The notes beneath the pieces were generated by a model. The model saw nothing but the letters and a program-made list of their open reading frames with translations, did not search any database and was not told where the DNA came from. A stretch of 64,000 nucleotides of DNA. Source: Mycobacteriales bacterium. GTDB lineage: Bacteria; Actinomycetota; Actinomycetes; Mycobacteriales; JACQDL01. Made by a program: the position numbers and the translations under genes. Where the stretch lies: positions 307 to 64,306 of the forward strand of contig DATILL010000020.1 in assembly GCA_035476575.1 (NCBI GenBank), written 5' to 3'. Shown here piece by piece: positions 1-9,268 of the stretch (position 1 is the first letter of the stretch; each line of letters begins with the position of its first letter).

Positions 1-1
1 C

Positions 2-94
2 GCCGCCACGGGCGGTACCACGGGCGCTCCCGGGGTGGTCACCGTGACGCTGTCCGACTACGACCGGCCGACCACGATCCGCCCGCCGAGCTGA
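2..94 (+). CDS. 3' end of an unidentified upstream gene (partial)
   Basis: Open frame from the window edge to TGA at 92-94. Nearly all codons end in G/C, as expected for coding DNA here. Too short for a functional call. Confidence 0.3.
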   Translation, partial: AATGGTTGAPGVVTVTLSDYDRPTTIRPPS

Positions 95-98
95 CCGG

Positions 99-1643
99 GT
101 GTCCGTCACGCCCGTCCGGGTCGGTCCGGACCGGTCTCACCGCCGGTCAGCCCGCCTGGGGGTCGGCGTCGGTGCGGTCGGTGTGCTGCTGGCCGCGCTC
201 GACGCGTACGTCGTCGTCACCGTGCTGGTCGCCATCGTGCGCGACCTCGGCGTACCGCTGAACCATCTGGAGCGCGCGACCCCCGTCGTGACCGGGTACC
301 TGCTCGGGTACGTCGCGGCCATGCCGCTGCTGGGCCAGCTGTCCGACCGGTACGGCCGGCGGCCGCTGATCCAGGCCTGCCTGGTGGGCTTCGCCGCCGG
401 CTCCGCCCTCACCGCCGCGGCCGGGACGCTGCCCGTCCTGGTGGCCGGGCGGGTCCTGCAGGGTGTCGCGGGCGGGGCGCTGCTGCCGGTGACGATGGCG
501 CTGGTGGCAGACCTGTGGGACGAACAGCGGCGCCCGGCCGCCCTGGGCGCGGTCGGTGCGGCGCAGGAGCTCGGCAGCGTGCTCGGCCCGCTGTACGGCG
601 CCGGGGTGGCGGCGCTGGTGGGCTGGCGCGGGCTGTTCTGGCTGAACCTGCCGCTGGTGCTGCTCGCCGCGGTGGCGGTACAGCTCACGGTGCCGCCCGG
701 CCGGCCGGCGTCGCCCGGTGCCGGGCCGGGCGCCCGGCCGCGGGTCGACACGGTGGGTGGCGCACTGCTGGCGGCGGCGTTCGCGCTGCTCGTCGTGGCC
801 CTGTACAACCCGGACCCGCAGCGCGGGGTGCTGCCGCCCGCTGGCCCCGGCCTGCTGCTGGCGGCCCTGGTGGTGCTCGCCGCGTTCGCCGGCTGGGAGG
901 CGCGGGCGCGCACCCGGCTGCTCGACCCGGCGGGCGTGCGCTGGCCGCCGTTCACCGCGGGTCTCGGGGTGAGCTTCGCCGCTGGCTGCGCGCTGATGGT
1001 GACGCTGGTCGACCTCCAGCTCTTCGCCCAGACGCTGCTCGACCGCGACGCCACCGGGGGCGCCCTGCTGCTCACCCGGTTCCTGGTCGCGCTGCCGGTG
1101 GGAGCGCTGGCCGGCGGCTGGCTCGCGGTGCGGATCCCGGAGCGGTGGGTGGCCGCGGCCGGGCTGGTGCTCGCCGCGGGCGGGTACCTGCTGGTCGCCG
1201 GCTGGCCGGCGGGTGTGCTCGCGGCCCGGCACGTGCTCGGGCCGCTGTCCCTGCCCCGGCTGGACACCGACCTGGCGCTGGCCGGGCTCGGGCTAGGCCT
1301 GGTCATCGCCCCGGTGTCCGCGGCGGTCCTGCGGGCGGTGCCGGCGGCGCGGGCCGGGGTCGCGTCGGCGGCGGTCGTGGTCGCCCGGATGGCCGGGATG
1401 CTTATCGGCGTGGCCGCGCTGTCGGCGTGGGGCCTGCACCGGTTCGCCGAGCTCACCGCGACGCTGGACACGCCGCTCCCGTTCGGCGTGCCCGCCACGG
1501 AGCACGCCCGCCGGCTGGCCGCCTACCGCCAGGCGGTCGATCAGGCGCTGCTGGCGGAGTACCGCGAGATCTTCCTGGTCACCGCGGTGGTCTGCCTGGC
1601 CGGCGCGGCCGCTGCCCTGCTCCTACGGCCTCGCGTTCACTGA
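99..1643 (+). CDS. MFS transporter, DHA2/EmrB-like drug:H+ antiporter type (about 14 TM)
   Basis: 514-aa ORF with a GTG start. Many hydrophobic helices. MFS signature-like [11 protein letters not shown] loop after TM2. Confidence 0.8.
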   Translation: MSVTPVRVGPDRSHRRSARLGVGVGAVGVLLAALDAYVVVTVLVAIVRDLGVPLNHLERATPVVTGYLLGYVAAMPLLGQLSDRYGRRPLIQACLVGFAAGSALTAAAGTLPVLVAGRVLQGVAGGALLPVTMALVADLWDEQRRPAALGAVGAAQELGSVLGPLYGAGVAALVGWRGLFWLNLPLVLLAAVAVQLTVPPGRPASPGAGPGARPRVDTVGGALLAAAFALLVVALYNPDPQRGVLPPAGPGLLLAALVVLAAFAGWEARARTRLLDPAGVRWPPFTAGLGVSFAAGCALMVTLVDLQLFAQTLLDRDATGGALLLTRFLVALPVGALAGGWLAVRIPERWVAAAGLVLAAGGYLLVAGWPAGVLAARHVLGPLSLPRLDTDLALAGLGLGLVIAPVSAAVLRAVPAARAGVASAAVVVARMAGMLIGVAALSAWGLHRFAELTATLDTPLPFGVPATEHARRLAAYRQAVDQALLAEYREIFLVTAVVCLAGAAAALLLRPRVH

Positions 1644-1788
1644 CGGCGATCGTCCGATGACGCGTCGTGGGAAAGCCCGGCGGTGCGGATGACCGTGCGC
1701 TTTGGGTGCCCGTCCGCTCGTTGCCCGTCGACCGGAGTGGACAGACAGTTGTTGTTCCGGACAAAAAGCCGCACGAGGGGAGTCGGAT

Positions 1789-2193
1789 GTGCAACCGGAC
1801 CAGAATCCGGACGATGTGTGGAACCTGCTACCTCCCGAGCTGAAGGAGCAGGTGCTCAGCTATGTGACAGCCGAACAGCTCGCCAGCGCACACCAGGCGA
1901 GCCCGGAGGAGAGCAGCGCCGGGGACGAGCAGGCGAGCTGGCTCACCGCCCAGGTCGACTACTGGCTGCCCTACCTGACCCAGGCCAACGACGAGCTGGC
2001 GACGGCGATCACCCGAACCGACCTGGACCAGGACGCCCGCCAGCAGGCCTGCGCCGAGGCCGTCGAGGCGGTGCGGCAGATCGTGCAGGGCATCAGCGAG
2101 CACCTCGGGCCGGAGCAGGACGGGTACGTCGGCTACCCGGGGCTGCACGAGGAGTACCAGCGCTACCAGCAGCTCGCGATGAGCCTGACCTGA
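1789..2193 (+). CDS. Small hypothetical protein with an F-box-like motif
   Basis: ORF 1702-2193. Preferred GTG start at 1789, preceded by GAGGGGAG. N-terminal PDDVWNLLPPELKEQVLSYVTAEQL matches the LPxE(L/I)xxx(I/V)LSY(L/V) F-box core. Paralogous N-terminus to the next gene. Confidence 0.5.
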   Translation: MQPDQNPDDVWNLLPPELKEQVLSYVTAEQLASAHQASPEESSAGDEQASWLTAQVDYWLPYLTQANDELATAITRTDLDQDARQQACAEAVEAVRQIVQGISEHLGPEQDGYVGYPGLHEEYQRYQQLAMSLT

Positions 2194-2211
2194 CTGGAGG
2201 GAGCGGACACC

Positions 2212-2724
2212 ATGGAACCCAAAGGAAGTCCCGACCAGGTGTGGCACAGCCTGCCTGCCGACACCCGGCAGCAGGTGATGGCGGAGCTGCCCCCGGAGAT
2301 CTGGGTGCACATCCTCAGCTACCTGTCGGCCAGGCAGAACGACGAGCTTAGCCGGTACGAGCCCGGCAGCACCCTCCACCTCGCACCAGCCGGGAAGGTG
2401 CGTGACGACATTCGAACAGGAGGGTGGGAAAACCGGCGCTGGGATGGCCTGCCCGGGCCGGCGCACACCCGCTGGTACATCAGGTACACCTATGGCCAGC
2501 TTGACACCAGCGGAGACGGCCGAAAGCACATCAGCGGGCTCACCACGAATCTGGGCGAGACCCAGGCCGGCGTCGATGGGGACGGTCGTTACTACATCTC
2601 CATCAGGACGAGCCAGCGCGAGGTAGTAAGGGTCTACGGGGACGGCAGCGTCCTCGCCGTGGCACCGATAGCGAGATGGCTCTCCGGGACGATGGGAGTG
2701 CCCCACGTCGGCACGCTGGGCTGA
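2212..2724 (+). CDS. Small hypothetical protein with an F-box-like motif
   Basis: ATG at 2212 preceded by GGAGGGA. PDQVWHSLP...LPPEIWVHILSYLSARQ is a close match to the F-box core. The C-terminal ~100 aa are unassignable. Confidence 0.55.
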   Translation: MEPKGSPDQVWHSLPADTRQQVMAELPPEIWVHILSYLSARQNDELSRYEPGSTLHLAPAGKVRDDIRTGGWENRRWDGLPGPAHTRWYIRYTYGQLDTSGDGRKHISGLTTNLGETQAGVDGDGRYYISIRTSQREVVRVYGDGSVLAVAPIARWLSGTMGVPHVGTLG

Positions 2725-3054
2725 CCTGCCCAGGCTCGCGGGCGGCGCCGCGGTAAGACTCAGGCGGGTGGCGCCGCCGTAAAGGTCGTAGCAAGGACCT
2801 GGTGAGTCCTGACGCTGGCGTCGTCCGCCGAGAGCCTCGGCGGCAGCTACCACCAGGTCAGTCGGCGACGACGGGCCCCCGCGCTGCTCGACCTCGCCGC
2901 GGCGTCAACGCCACGCGCCCGTGGCTCACCCACCAACCTGACCACCGCCGAGCGGCGACGGTCGCCTTCCGCTGCACACGGCGACGGCTGGACATGTCGC
3001 GCGTCACGGTCCGCTTCTCCTCACGTATGGACGCGGCCGGTATTTAACCGCGAG

Positions 3055-3193
3055 CCGGCCCCTCTGTAGCGGTGTCGCCGAGGCTCGCTGGGCCCCGCGG
3101 CACGGGGAGGACCGGCAACGGGGGGTTCGTAAGAACGCGAAGCTGCTCACCGCAGTCGAACGGGAGACGTTCGTCCGGACATGCGTGCTGAGG
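3055..3193 (+). pseudogene. Relic of the upstream region plus first ~25 codons of a tyrosinase-like gene (paralogue of 29855-29992)
   Basis: Direct nucleotide alignment to 29855-29992, about 80% identity over the coding part (aagaacgcgaagctg...tgcgtgctga). The start codon is lost and the frame is broken. Confidence 0.6.
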
Positions 3194-3279
3194 TCCTTCT
3201 CACGTTCGTCTCACGCCGTGCTGGGCCGCCTCCTTGGCTCGGGCTGGACGGGCTAGCCCGAGAAACGAATGGGGCAGGG

Positions 3280-4641
3280 ATGTACGAGTACCGCCGCCAT
3301 ATACCGGTCGAACCGGACTGGCGCAGGCTGCCCGGCTGGCGCGACGTGACGACGGCCGAGTGGCGCAGCCCACAGTGGCAGCGCGCGCATTGCGTGAAGA
3401 ACGCGCGGCACCTGCGCGCGGTGTACGGCGACCTGGTCAGCGACGCCTTCTACGCCGACCTGGTGCGCGACCAGGCCGAAAGCGCCACCATGTCGCTGCT
3501 GCTACCGCCGCAGATGATCAACACGATGGTGCCGCACGCCCGGCCGGACACCGAGAGCCTGTACGCGGACCCGGTACGGCGGTACATGCTGCCGGTGTTC
3601 TCCGACCGGCATCCAGAGTGGCCGAGCCACCCGGTGGCCAGCCGCGACTCGCTGCACGAGTCGGAGATGTGGGTCGTCGAAGGGCTGACCCACCGGTACC
3701 CGACCAAGGTGCTGGCCGAGGTGGTGTCGACCTGCCCGCAGTACTGCGGCCACTGCACCCGCATGGATCTGGTCGGGCCGTCGACGACGCAGGTGGTCAA
3801 GCAGCGGTTCGCGCTGCGCCCGGTCGACCGGCTCAGCCAGATCGTCGCCTACCTCACGGCAACGCCGTCGGTGCGCGACGTCGTCGTCTCCGGCGGGGAC
3901 GTGGCGAACCTGCCGTGGCCGCGGCTCGAGGCGTTCCTCCTGCAGCTCCTCGACATCGACCACATCCGCGACATCCGGCTCGCCACCAAGGCGCTGATCG
4001 GCCTGCCGCAGCATTGGCTCACCGACGAGGTACAGGCCGGGCTCACCAGGGTGGCGACCACCGCGGTCCGGCGCGGGGTGCAGGTGGCCATCCACACCCA
4101 CGCCAACGCCGCGCAGCAGGTGACGCCGCTGGTCGCCGAGGCCTGCCGGAGCATGTTGGCAACCGGCATCCGGGACGTGCGCAACCAAGGGGTGCTGCTG
4201 CGCGGGGTGAACGACTCCCCGCGCCAGCTGCTCGACCTGTGCTTCGCGCTGCTCGACAGCGCTGGGGTGATGCCGTACTACTTCTACCTCTGCGACATCG
4301 TGCCGAACTGCGAGCACTGGCGGCTGTCGCTCGCCGAGGCGCAGGACCTGCAGGACAAGATCATGGGCTACCTGCCCGGCTTCGCGACGCCGCGGCTGGT
4401 CTGCGACGTGCCGTACGCCGGCAAGCGCTGGGTGCATCAGGTCACCCGCTACGACCGCGAGCTTGGCATCTCGTACTGGACCAAACACTTCCTGACCCTG
4501 GTGGACCGCGGCGACCCGGCCGCGCTGGACCTTCAGTTCGAGTACCACGACCCGGTCTACACCCTTCCCGACGCCGGCCAGGGCTGGTGGCTTGCCCAGC
4601 AGGCAGCGTCTCTTGCCAAGGACGGCACGACATGTGGCTGA
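3280..4641 (+). CDS. KamA-family radical-SAM amino acid 2,3-aminomutase (lysine/arginine 2,3-aminomutase-like)
   Basis: CPQYCGHCTRMD (CxxxCxxC radical-SAM cluster). SGGDV, LLRGVNDS and YYFYLCD blocks are typical of KamA. ATG 3280 is preferred over ATG 3181 because 3181 lies inside the tyrosinase relic. Confidence 0.9.
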   Translation: MYEYRRHIPVEPDWRRLPGWRDVTTAEWRSPQWQRAHCVKNARHLRAVYGDLVSDAFYADLVRDQAESATMSLLLPPQMINTMVPHARPDTESLYADPVRRYMLPVFSDRHPEWPSHPVASRDSLHESEMWVVEGLTHRYPTKVLAEVVSTCPQYCGHCTRMDLVGPSTTQVVKQRFALRPVDRLSQIVAYLTATPSVRDVVVSGGDVANLPWPRLEAFLLQLLDIDHIRDIRLATKALIGLPQHWLTDEVQAGLTRVATTAVRRGVQVAIHTHANAAQQVTPLVAEACRSMLATGIRDVRNQGVLLRGVNDSPRQLLDLCFALLDSAGVMPYYFYLCDIVPNCEHWRLSLAEAQDLQDKIMGYLPGFATPRLVCDVPYAGKRWVHQVTRYDRELGISYWTKHFLTLVDRGDPAALDLQFEYHDPVYTLPDAGQGWWLAQQAASLAKDGTTCG

Positions 4642-5948
4642 ACAACCCCGCCGCGCGGGCGGCGTTCCGGACCGCGCACGCCCAGCTCGAGCTGCTGGAG
4701 GCAGTCGGCTTCGCGCCCGAGACGGTACGGCAGATCCAGCGGGAGAAGCTGGCGCTGCTGTGGAACCGGGCCGCCCGGGTGCCGTACTACCGCGGCCTGC
4801 CCGGCCTCGCCGACCGCGACCTGGACCGGCTGCCGGTCACCGAGAAGGACGCGCTGAAAGCCCGGCCGGCGGACTTCGAGATCCCCGACCTGCCCGACGT
4901 CATCAAGTACTACCACAGCTCGGGGTCGTCCGGCCGGTCCACACCGACGCCCCGGCTGGCCGAGGACATCATCCACAACGTCATCGGCGTGGCGGGGCTC
5001 TGGCGGCGGGCGCTCGGGCGCACGCCGACCCGGGTGGCGTCGCTGCTGCCGTCGGACGTGGTCCCGGTCGGGGACTTTGTGGCGAGTGTGTGCGAGTACC
5101 TCGGCCACACCCTGCTGCGCTGCTACCCCTACAGCCAGGGCATCTGCGACTTCGACCGGCTCGACGCGGTGTTCAGCTCCTTCCGGCCAGAGCGGGTGTT
5201 CGCCGCGCCAGGCGTGCTCATGCAGTGGACCCGGGTGCTGAAGACCCGTGGCCGGCTGGCCGAGCTGCGCGCGTCGGTACGCACGATCATGCTGCTCGGC
5301 GAGGTGTGCCTGCCGGCGCAGCGGCGCAAGCTCGCGCGGGACTGGGGCGCCGACGTGCTCGACGGCTCCTACGGCAGCACCGAGACCGGCACCATCGCGG
5401 CAGCCTGCGAACGCGGCGGTATGCACCTGCTGCTGCCGGGGCACCTGGTGGAGCTGCGGACGCCGGACGGGATCGGGCCGGCGGTGCCGGGCGGGAGCGG
5501 TGAGCTGGTTGACACGACGCTGAACAACTACGCCCGGCCGCTGCTGCGGTTCGGCACCGGCGACCTCGTCGATGTGCCGGCCGAGCCGTGTCCCTGCGGG
5601 CTGCCGCTGCCGACCCTTCGGATACACGGCCGGCGCACCGACGGCATCGCGCTGCACGGGCAGGCGCTGGACGAGCACCTGGTCGGCTCGCTGGTCTACG
5701 ACGACCCGCGGCTCACCGGCTACCTCATCCAGATGCTCGGCGACGGCAGCGGCGGCCGGCTGGTGCTGGAGAAGGACGTCGACGTGGCCGCCGCGGACGA
5801 CGAGCTGGTGGCCGCGGTGAGCCGCCGGTTCGCCGCGACCGGGATCCAGTGGGACCAGGTGGTCGTGGTCAGCCAGCTCCCGGCCACCAGCAAGTCCGGC
5901 GGCAGCCAGAAGAGCTGGAAGCGGACGAACGTGGTGACACTGTCATGA
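4632..5948 (+). CDS. PaaK/coenzyme F390 synthetase-like adenylate-forming ligase
   Basis: In-frame 3' part of ORF 3234-5948 starting at ATG 4632, a 10-nt overlap with the upstream gene. HSSGSSGRSTP (P-loop-like SSGTTG variant) and YGSTETG motifs. Confidence 0.8.
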   Translation: MWLNNPAARAAFRTAHAQLELLEAVGFAPETVRQIQREKLALLWNRAARVPYYRGLPGLADRDLDRLPVTEKDALKARPADFEIPDLPDVIKYYHSSGSSGRSTPTPRLAEDIIHNVIGVAGLWRRALGRTPTRVASLLPSDVVPVGDFVASVCEYLGHTLLRCYPYSQGICDFDRLDAVFSSFRPERVFAAPGVLMQWTRVLKTRGRLAELRASVRTIMLLGEVCLPAQRRKLARDWGADVLDGSYGSTETGTIAAACERGGMHLLLPGHLVELRTPDGIGPAVPGGSGELVDTTLNNYARPLLRFGTGDLVDVPAEPCPCGLPLPTLRIHGRRTDGIALHGQALDEHLVGSLVYDDPRLTGYLIQMLGDGSGGRLVLEKDVDVAAADDELVAAVSRRFAATGIQWDQVVVVSQLPATSKSGGSQKSWKRTNVVTLS

Positions 5949-7663
5949 CCGTGCTGGGCGATGGGGGCGCCCGCCAGGGGGACGCGGACCTGTGGTGCAG
6001 CTACGCCGCGGTACGCACCCTGGCCTGGCTCGGGGACAACCCTGCCGATGCTGACGGGGTGGCCGGGTACCTGCGGTCGCGGCAGAACGCCGACGGCGGG
6101 TTCGCCTGGCAGCGCGGGCTGCCCTCGGACGCGTGGGCCACGTACTACTGCTCGCAGGCGCTGCGCGACCTGGGCGAGCCGGTGCCTCATCTTGACAAGC
6201 TGGGCGAGTGGCTGGACCAGCTGCGTACCGACGACGGCGGGTTTGCCATGACGCCCGGCCAGTCCGCGGACATCTGGGCGACGTACTACGCGTGCCGCAC
6301 CTACGCCGAGGCGCTGGGCGCGCCGGTGCCCCGGGTCGAGGCGCTGGCCGGGTGGCTCGCCGCGACCCAACACGAGTCCGGCGGCCTGGGCTGGCAGCCG
6401 GGGGACGACCGGCCGGACGTGCGGGCGGGGTACTACGGCGCGCTGGCCTGGCGAGCCGCCGTTAGCGGGGCCGGCACACGCGGCAACGCGGGAGCCGCCG
6501 GACCGCCGTGGCGTACCGCGGAGCTGGTCCGGTGGCTGCGCCATCAGCAGTGCCCGGACGGCGGGTTCGGGTTCGGTCCTGGGGCGGCCTCGTGCGCGTG
6601 GGCGACGTTCCGGGCGGTCCGGGCGCTGGCCGCGCTCGGGGCCGGGCCGGCCGACGTCGCCGCGGTGCGGCGGTGGCTGTCCGAGCGGTGGCTGCCCACG
6701 GGCGGGTACGAGCGATGGGTCGGCTACGGGCGGGCCGACGTATGGGCCTGCTTCTCCGCGGTCGGCGCGCTGGACACGCTCGGTCACCGGCTGACCGGTG
6801 CACGGCGAGCTGGGGTCGCCCGGTTCGTCCGTAGCTGCCAGCTTCCCGGCTCCGGCTTCACCTACCGCGACCCGGCAGCGGCGGGGGACAGCCTCGCCAC
6901 GGCGGCGGCGCTGATCACCGGTACCGGTCCGGACCGGGCAGCGCTCGCCGGCTGGCTGCACGCGGCGCACCTGCCCTACGAGGGCGGCATCATGTACATG
7001 CCCGGCCGCGGCGCCGAGGTCCGCTGCACGCTGTGGGCGGTCGAGGCGCTGGCCACTGTTGGCGAGCGGCTGGACGGTGCGCGGCTGGCCGGGTGGTTGC
7101 GGGACCTGCAAAACCCTGACGGCGGCTACGGGTACTGGCTCGGCCGCGGCTCGGACCTGGTGTCCACCGCCTCGGCGGTGGAGGCCACGCAGGCCGCCGG
7201 GCTGACCCCGGCCGAGGTGCTGGACGTCGCGGGCGCGCTGCGGTTCGTGGCCGGCTGCGCGGGAGACGGCGCGTACCGGCCGGTGCCGGGAGCGGTGCCG
7301 ACGCTGTCCGCGACCGCCCAGGCGGCCCGGGTGCTGCAGCTTCTCGGCGAGCCCGAGGCGGCGCTCCGGGTCGGGCGGAGCCTGGCAGCCTGGGCCAGCT
7401 CGCTCGGCGGGCACGCCAGCGCACCGCGCGGGCTGCCGGACCTGATGTCCACCTACCAGGCGGTGCTGACCCAGCAGGTGCTCGGCCTGCCGGTGGACCG
7501 GGCCGGGCTCGGCCGGCTGCTGGCGAAGGTGCGAACCGGCGCCGGCTACTCCTGGAGCCCGATCAGCCAGCAGCCGGCCGGCCCGCTGGCCGACTGCCTC
7601 GGTGTGCAGCTCGCCGCTGTCGCCGCCGGTGCCCCGGTCACGGTGCGCCGGCTGAACCTCTGA
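5945..7663 (+). CDS. Prenyltransferase/squalene-cyclase-type alpha/alpha-toroid repeat protein
   Basis: ATGA overlap start at 5945. At least 8 repeats of the QxxDGGF/W type (RQNADGGFAWQ, LRTDDGGFAM, HQQCPDGGFGF, LQNPDGGYGYW and others). Confidence 0.7.
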   Translation: MTVLGDGGARQGDADLWCSYAAVRTLAWLGDNPADADGVAGYLRSRQNADGGFAWQRGLPSDAWATYYCSQALRDLGEPVPHLDKLGEWLDQLRTDDGGFAMTPGQSADIWATYYACRTYAEALGAPVPRVEALAGWLAATQHESGGLGWQPGDDRPDVRAGYYGALAWRAAVSGAGTRGNAGAAGPPWRTAELVRWLRHQQCPDGGFGFGPGAASCAWATFRAVRALAALGAGPADVAAVRRWLSERWLPTGGYERWVGYGRADVWACFSAVGALDTLGHRLTGARRAGVARFVRSCQLPGSGFTYRDPAAAGDSLATAAALITGTGPDRAALAGWLHAAHLPYEGGIMYMPGRGAEVRCTLWAVEALATVGERLDGARLAGWLRDLQNPDGGYGYWLGRGSDLVSTASAVEATQAAGLTPAEVLDVAGALRFVAGCAGDGAYRPVPGAVPTLSATAQAARVLQLLGEPEAALRVGRSLAAWASSLGGHASAPRGLPDLMSTYQAVLTQQVLGLPVDRAGLGRLLAKVRTGAGYSWSPISQQPAGPLADCLGVQLAAVAAGAPVTVRRLNL

Positions 7664-7672
7664 GGACCGCAC

Positions 7673-8044
7673 ATGCCCACGACCACGATCGAGCTGCCGA
7701 TGGCGGACCCGCGTCTCGAGCGCCGGGTCGCCAAGGAGCTGAGCTTGTGGTGGCGTCGCCGAGGGGTCGACGTCAACCACGTGATCACCCGCTTCGCCAC
7801 CCTGCCCGCCGACCGCGTCTACAGCGGCCCGTTCCCGCTCGCCGGATCCTTCGCCCTGGTGAGCTGCCTGGTCTCGCGGGACCGCGACCACAGCTTCAAG
7901 CGGGACTACGCGCACGCGGTGCGAGCCGTGCTCGGGCCGCGGATCCCGCCGGACCGGGTGTTCGTCTCGTTTCACCCGACCGATCCGGCCGACCACTTCA
8001 CGCCCAACACCTGGGAGCAGGAGGACGTTCATGACCCGCGCTGA
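7673..8044 (+). CDS. Tautomerase-superfamily protein (Tautomerase_3/cis-CaaD-like, Pro1)
   Basis: Starts Met-Pro (MPTTTIELP...), about 120 aa. The beta-alpha-beta pattern resembles long tautomerase family members. Motif-level call only. Confidence 0.5.
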   Translation: MPTTTIELPMADPRLERRVAKELSLWWRRRGVDVNHVITRFATLPADRVYSGPFPLAGSFALVSCLVSRDRDHSFKRDYAHAVRAVLGPRIPPDRVFVSFHPTDPADHFTPNTWEQEDVHDPR

Positions 8045-8366
8045 GCTGACCGCGGCGGTGCGCGACACGGTAGCTGGCCTGATAGCACAGCCACTGGCCG
8101 CCGCCGACGACGAGCGGGCGCTCGCCGAGATCTCGTCCGAGCGGTACGACAGCCTCGCCGTGCTGGACTGCGTCGGCCTGGTCGAGCAGCGCTTCGGCGT
8201 CGAGGTCGACCTCGTCGAGGACGACCTGCGCACCTCGTTTCGCAGCGTCGCCTCGATCGCCGCGCTGGTCGAGCGCAAGCAGCACGACGCCGCCGTTCTC
8301 GGAGCCGCGTTCCCCGCGGCGCCCGGACCTTCGGTCGGCGCGCCGCCCGCGGCGGCCGGCCAGTGA
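8031..8366 (+). CDS. Free-standing acyl/peptidyl carrier protein
   Basis: 111 aa. The YDSLAVLD motif provides the phosphopantetheine-attachment Ser in a DSL context, and helix II follows (VGLVEQRFG). RBS GGAGCAGGAGGA. Confidence 0.7.
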   Translation: MTRAELTAAVRDTVAGLIAQPLAAADDERALAEISSERYDSLAVLDCVGLVEQRFGVEVDLVEDDLRTSFRSVASIAALVERKQHDAAVLGAAFPAAPGPSVGAPPAAAGQ

Positions 8367-9268
8367 GGGCGCGGGAGTTCGCGACCACTGGGACCACCGG
8401 CGAGCCGGTGCGGTGGACGCGTACCGCCGGGCAGATCCACGCTGAAGCCCGTCTCCTGGCGGAGCTGTGCGGCGCCGGCATCGACGGGATCGCCTGCTAC
8501 GCCCCGCCGGCGCACCTGTACGGGTACCTGATGGGGCGGGCGCTGCCGGAGCTGCTGGGCGTGCCGTGCCGGCAGGTCGGGCTGACCGACCCGCCGGCGG
8601 CCGCGCTGGCCGGGTGGCGGCGCCCACTGGTGGTCGCGCTGCCGGCGAGCTTCGCGCCGCTGGTCCGGGCGGTACCGGTGCTCACCGGCCTGGACCGGCT
8701 GGTCGTCGTACACAGCAGCGCGGCGCTGCCCCCGGCCGCCGGCCGGCTGCTCGGCGCGCTCGACGGTACGGCCCGGCTGGTCGAGCTGTTCGGGTCGACC
8801 GAGACCGGGCTGATCGGCTGGCGCCACGGCGTCAACGACACCGACTGGACGCTGGCGGCCGACGTGTGGTTCGGCGCGGGCCTGGGGGCGGGGGTGGAGC
8901 GGCTGCGGGTGCGCAGCCCGCGCCTCGCCCGCCGGGCCGGGATGCCACAGCCGGCCGAGATCGAGACCGACGACCTGGTCCGGGTCCTCGACGGCCGGAC
9001 GTTTCGGTGGCTCGGGCGGCGCAGCCGCCTGGTCAAGGTCAACGGCCGGCGGGTCAACCTCGACCACGTCCACGCCCAGCTCGCCGACGCGGTCCCCGAC
9101 GTCGCCTTCGGCTGCCGGCCGGAACGGGACGAGCTGCGCGGGGAGTGGTTCAGCGTGTGCGCAGAGACCGCCGACCCGCGGCTGCTCACCGCGCTGGAGG
9201 ACGCCGCCCGTGCCCTGCCGCCGTGGCAGCGGCCGCGCATCGTTGAGCCGCTGAAGGAGCCGGCATGA
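8363..9268 (+). CDS. Short AMP-dependent (ANL-family) ligase
   Basis: GTGA-coupled start. TTGTTGEPVRW (A3-like) and FGSTETGLIG (A5-like) motifs. Only 301 aa, so it lacks much of a canonical N-terminal subdomain. Confidence 0.65.
   Translation: MRAREFATTGTTGEPVRWTRTAGQIHAEARLLAELCGAGIDGIACYAPPAHLYGYLMGRALPELLGVPCRQVGLTDPPAAALAGWRRPLVVALPASFAPLVRAVPVLTGLDRLVVVHSSAALPPAAGRLLGALDGTARLVELFGSTETGLIGWRHGVNDTDWTLAADVWFGAGLGAGVERLRVRSPRLARRAGMPQPAEIETDDLVRVLDGRTFRWLGRRSRLVKVNGRRVNLDHVHAQLADAVPDVAFGCRPERDELRGEWFSVCAETADPRLLTALEDAARALPPWQRPRIVEPLKEPA

Noticed and set aside
3181-3279. ATG 3181 as the start of the KamA-family gene (33 extra N-terminal residues)
   Set aside because: ATG 3181 lies inside the decayed tyrosinase relic (homologous to gcctgcgtgctgatg of the intact gene), so the extension is probably fortuitous. 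ATG 3280 has a G-rich RBS-like sequence. This is not fully excluded.
3234-5948. 904-aa ORF suggesting a single large fusion protein
   Set aside because: Upstream of 4632 this frame is the out-of-frame overlap of the KamA gene, with an Arg/Pro/Ala-rich nonsense composition. Only the part from ATG 4632 shows ligase motifs.
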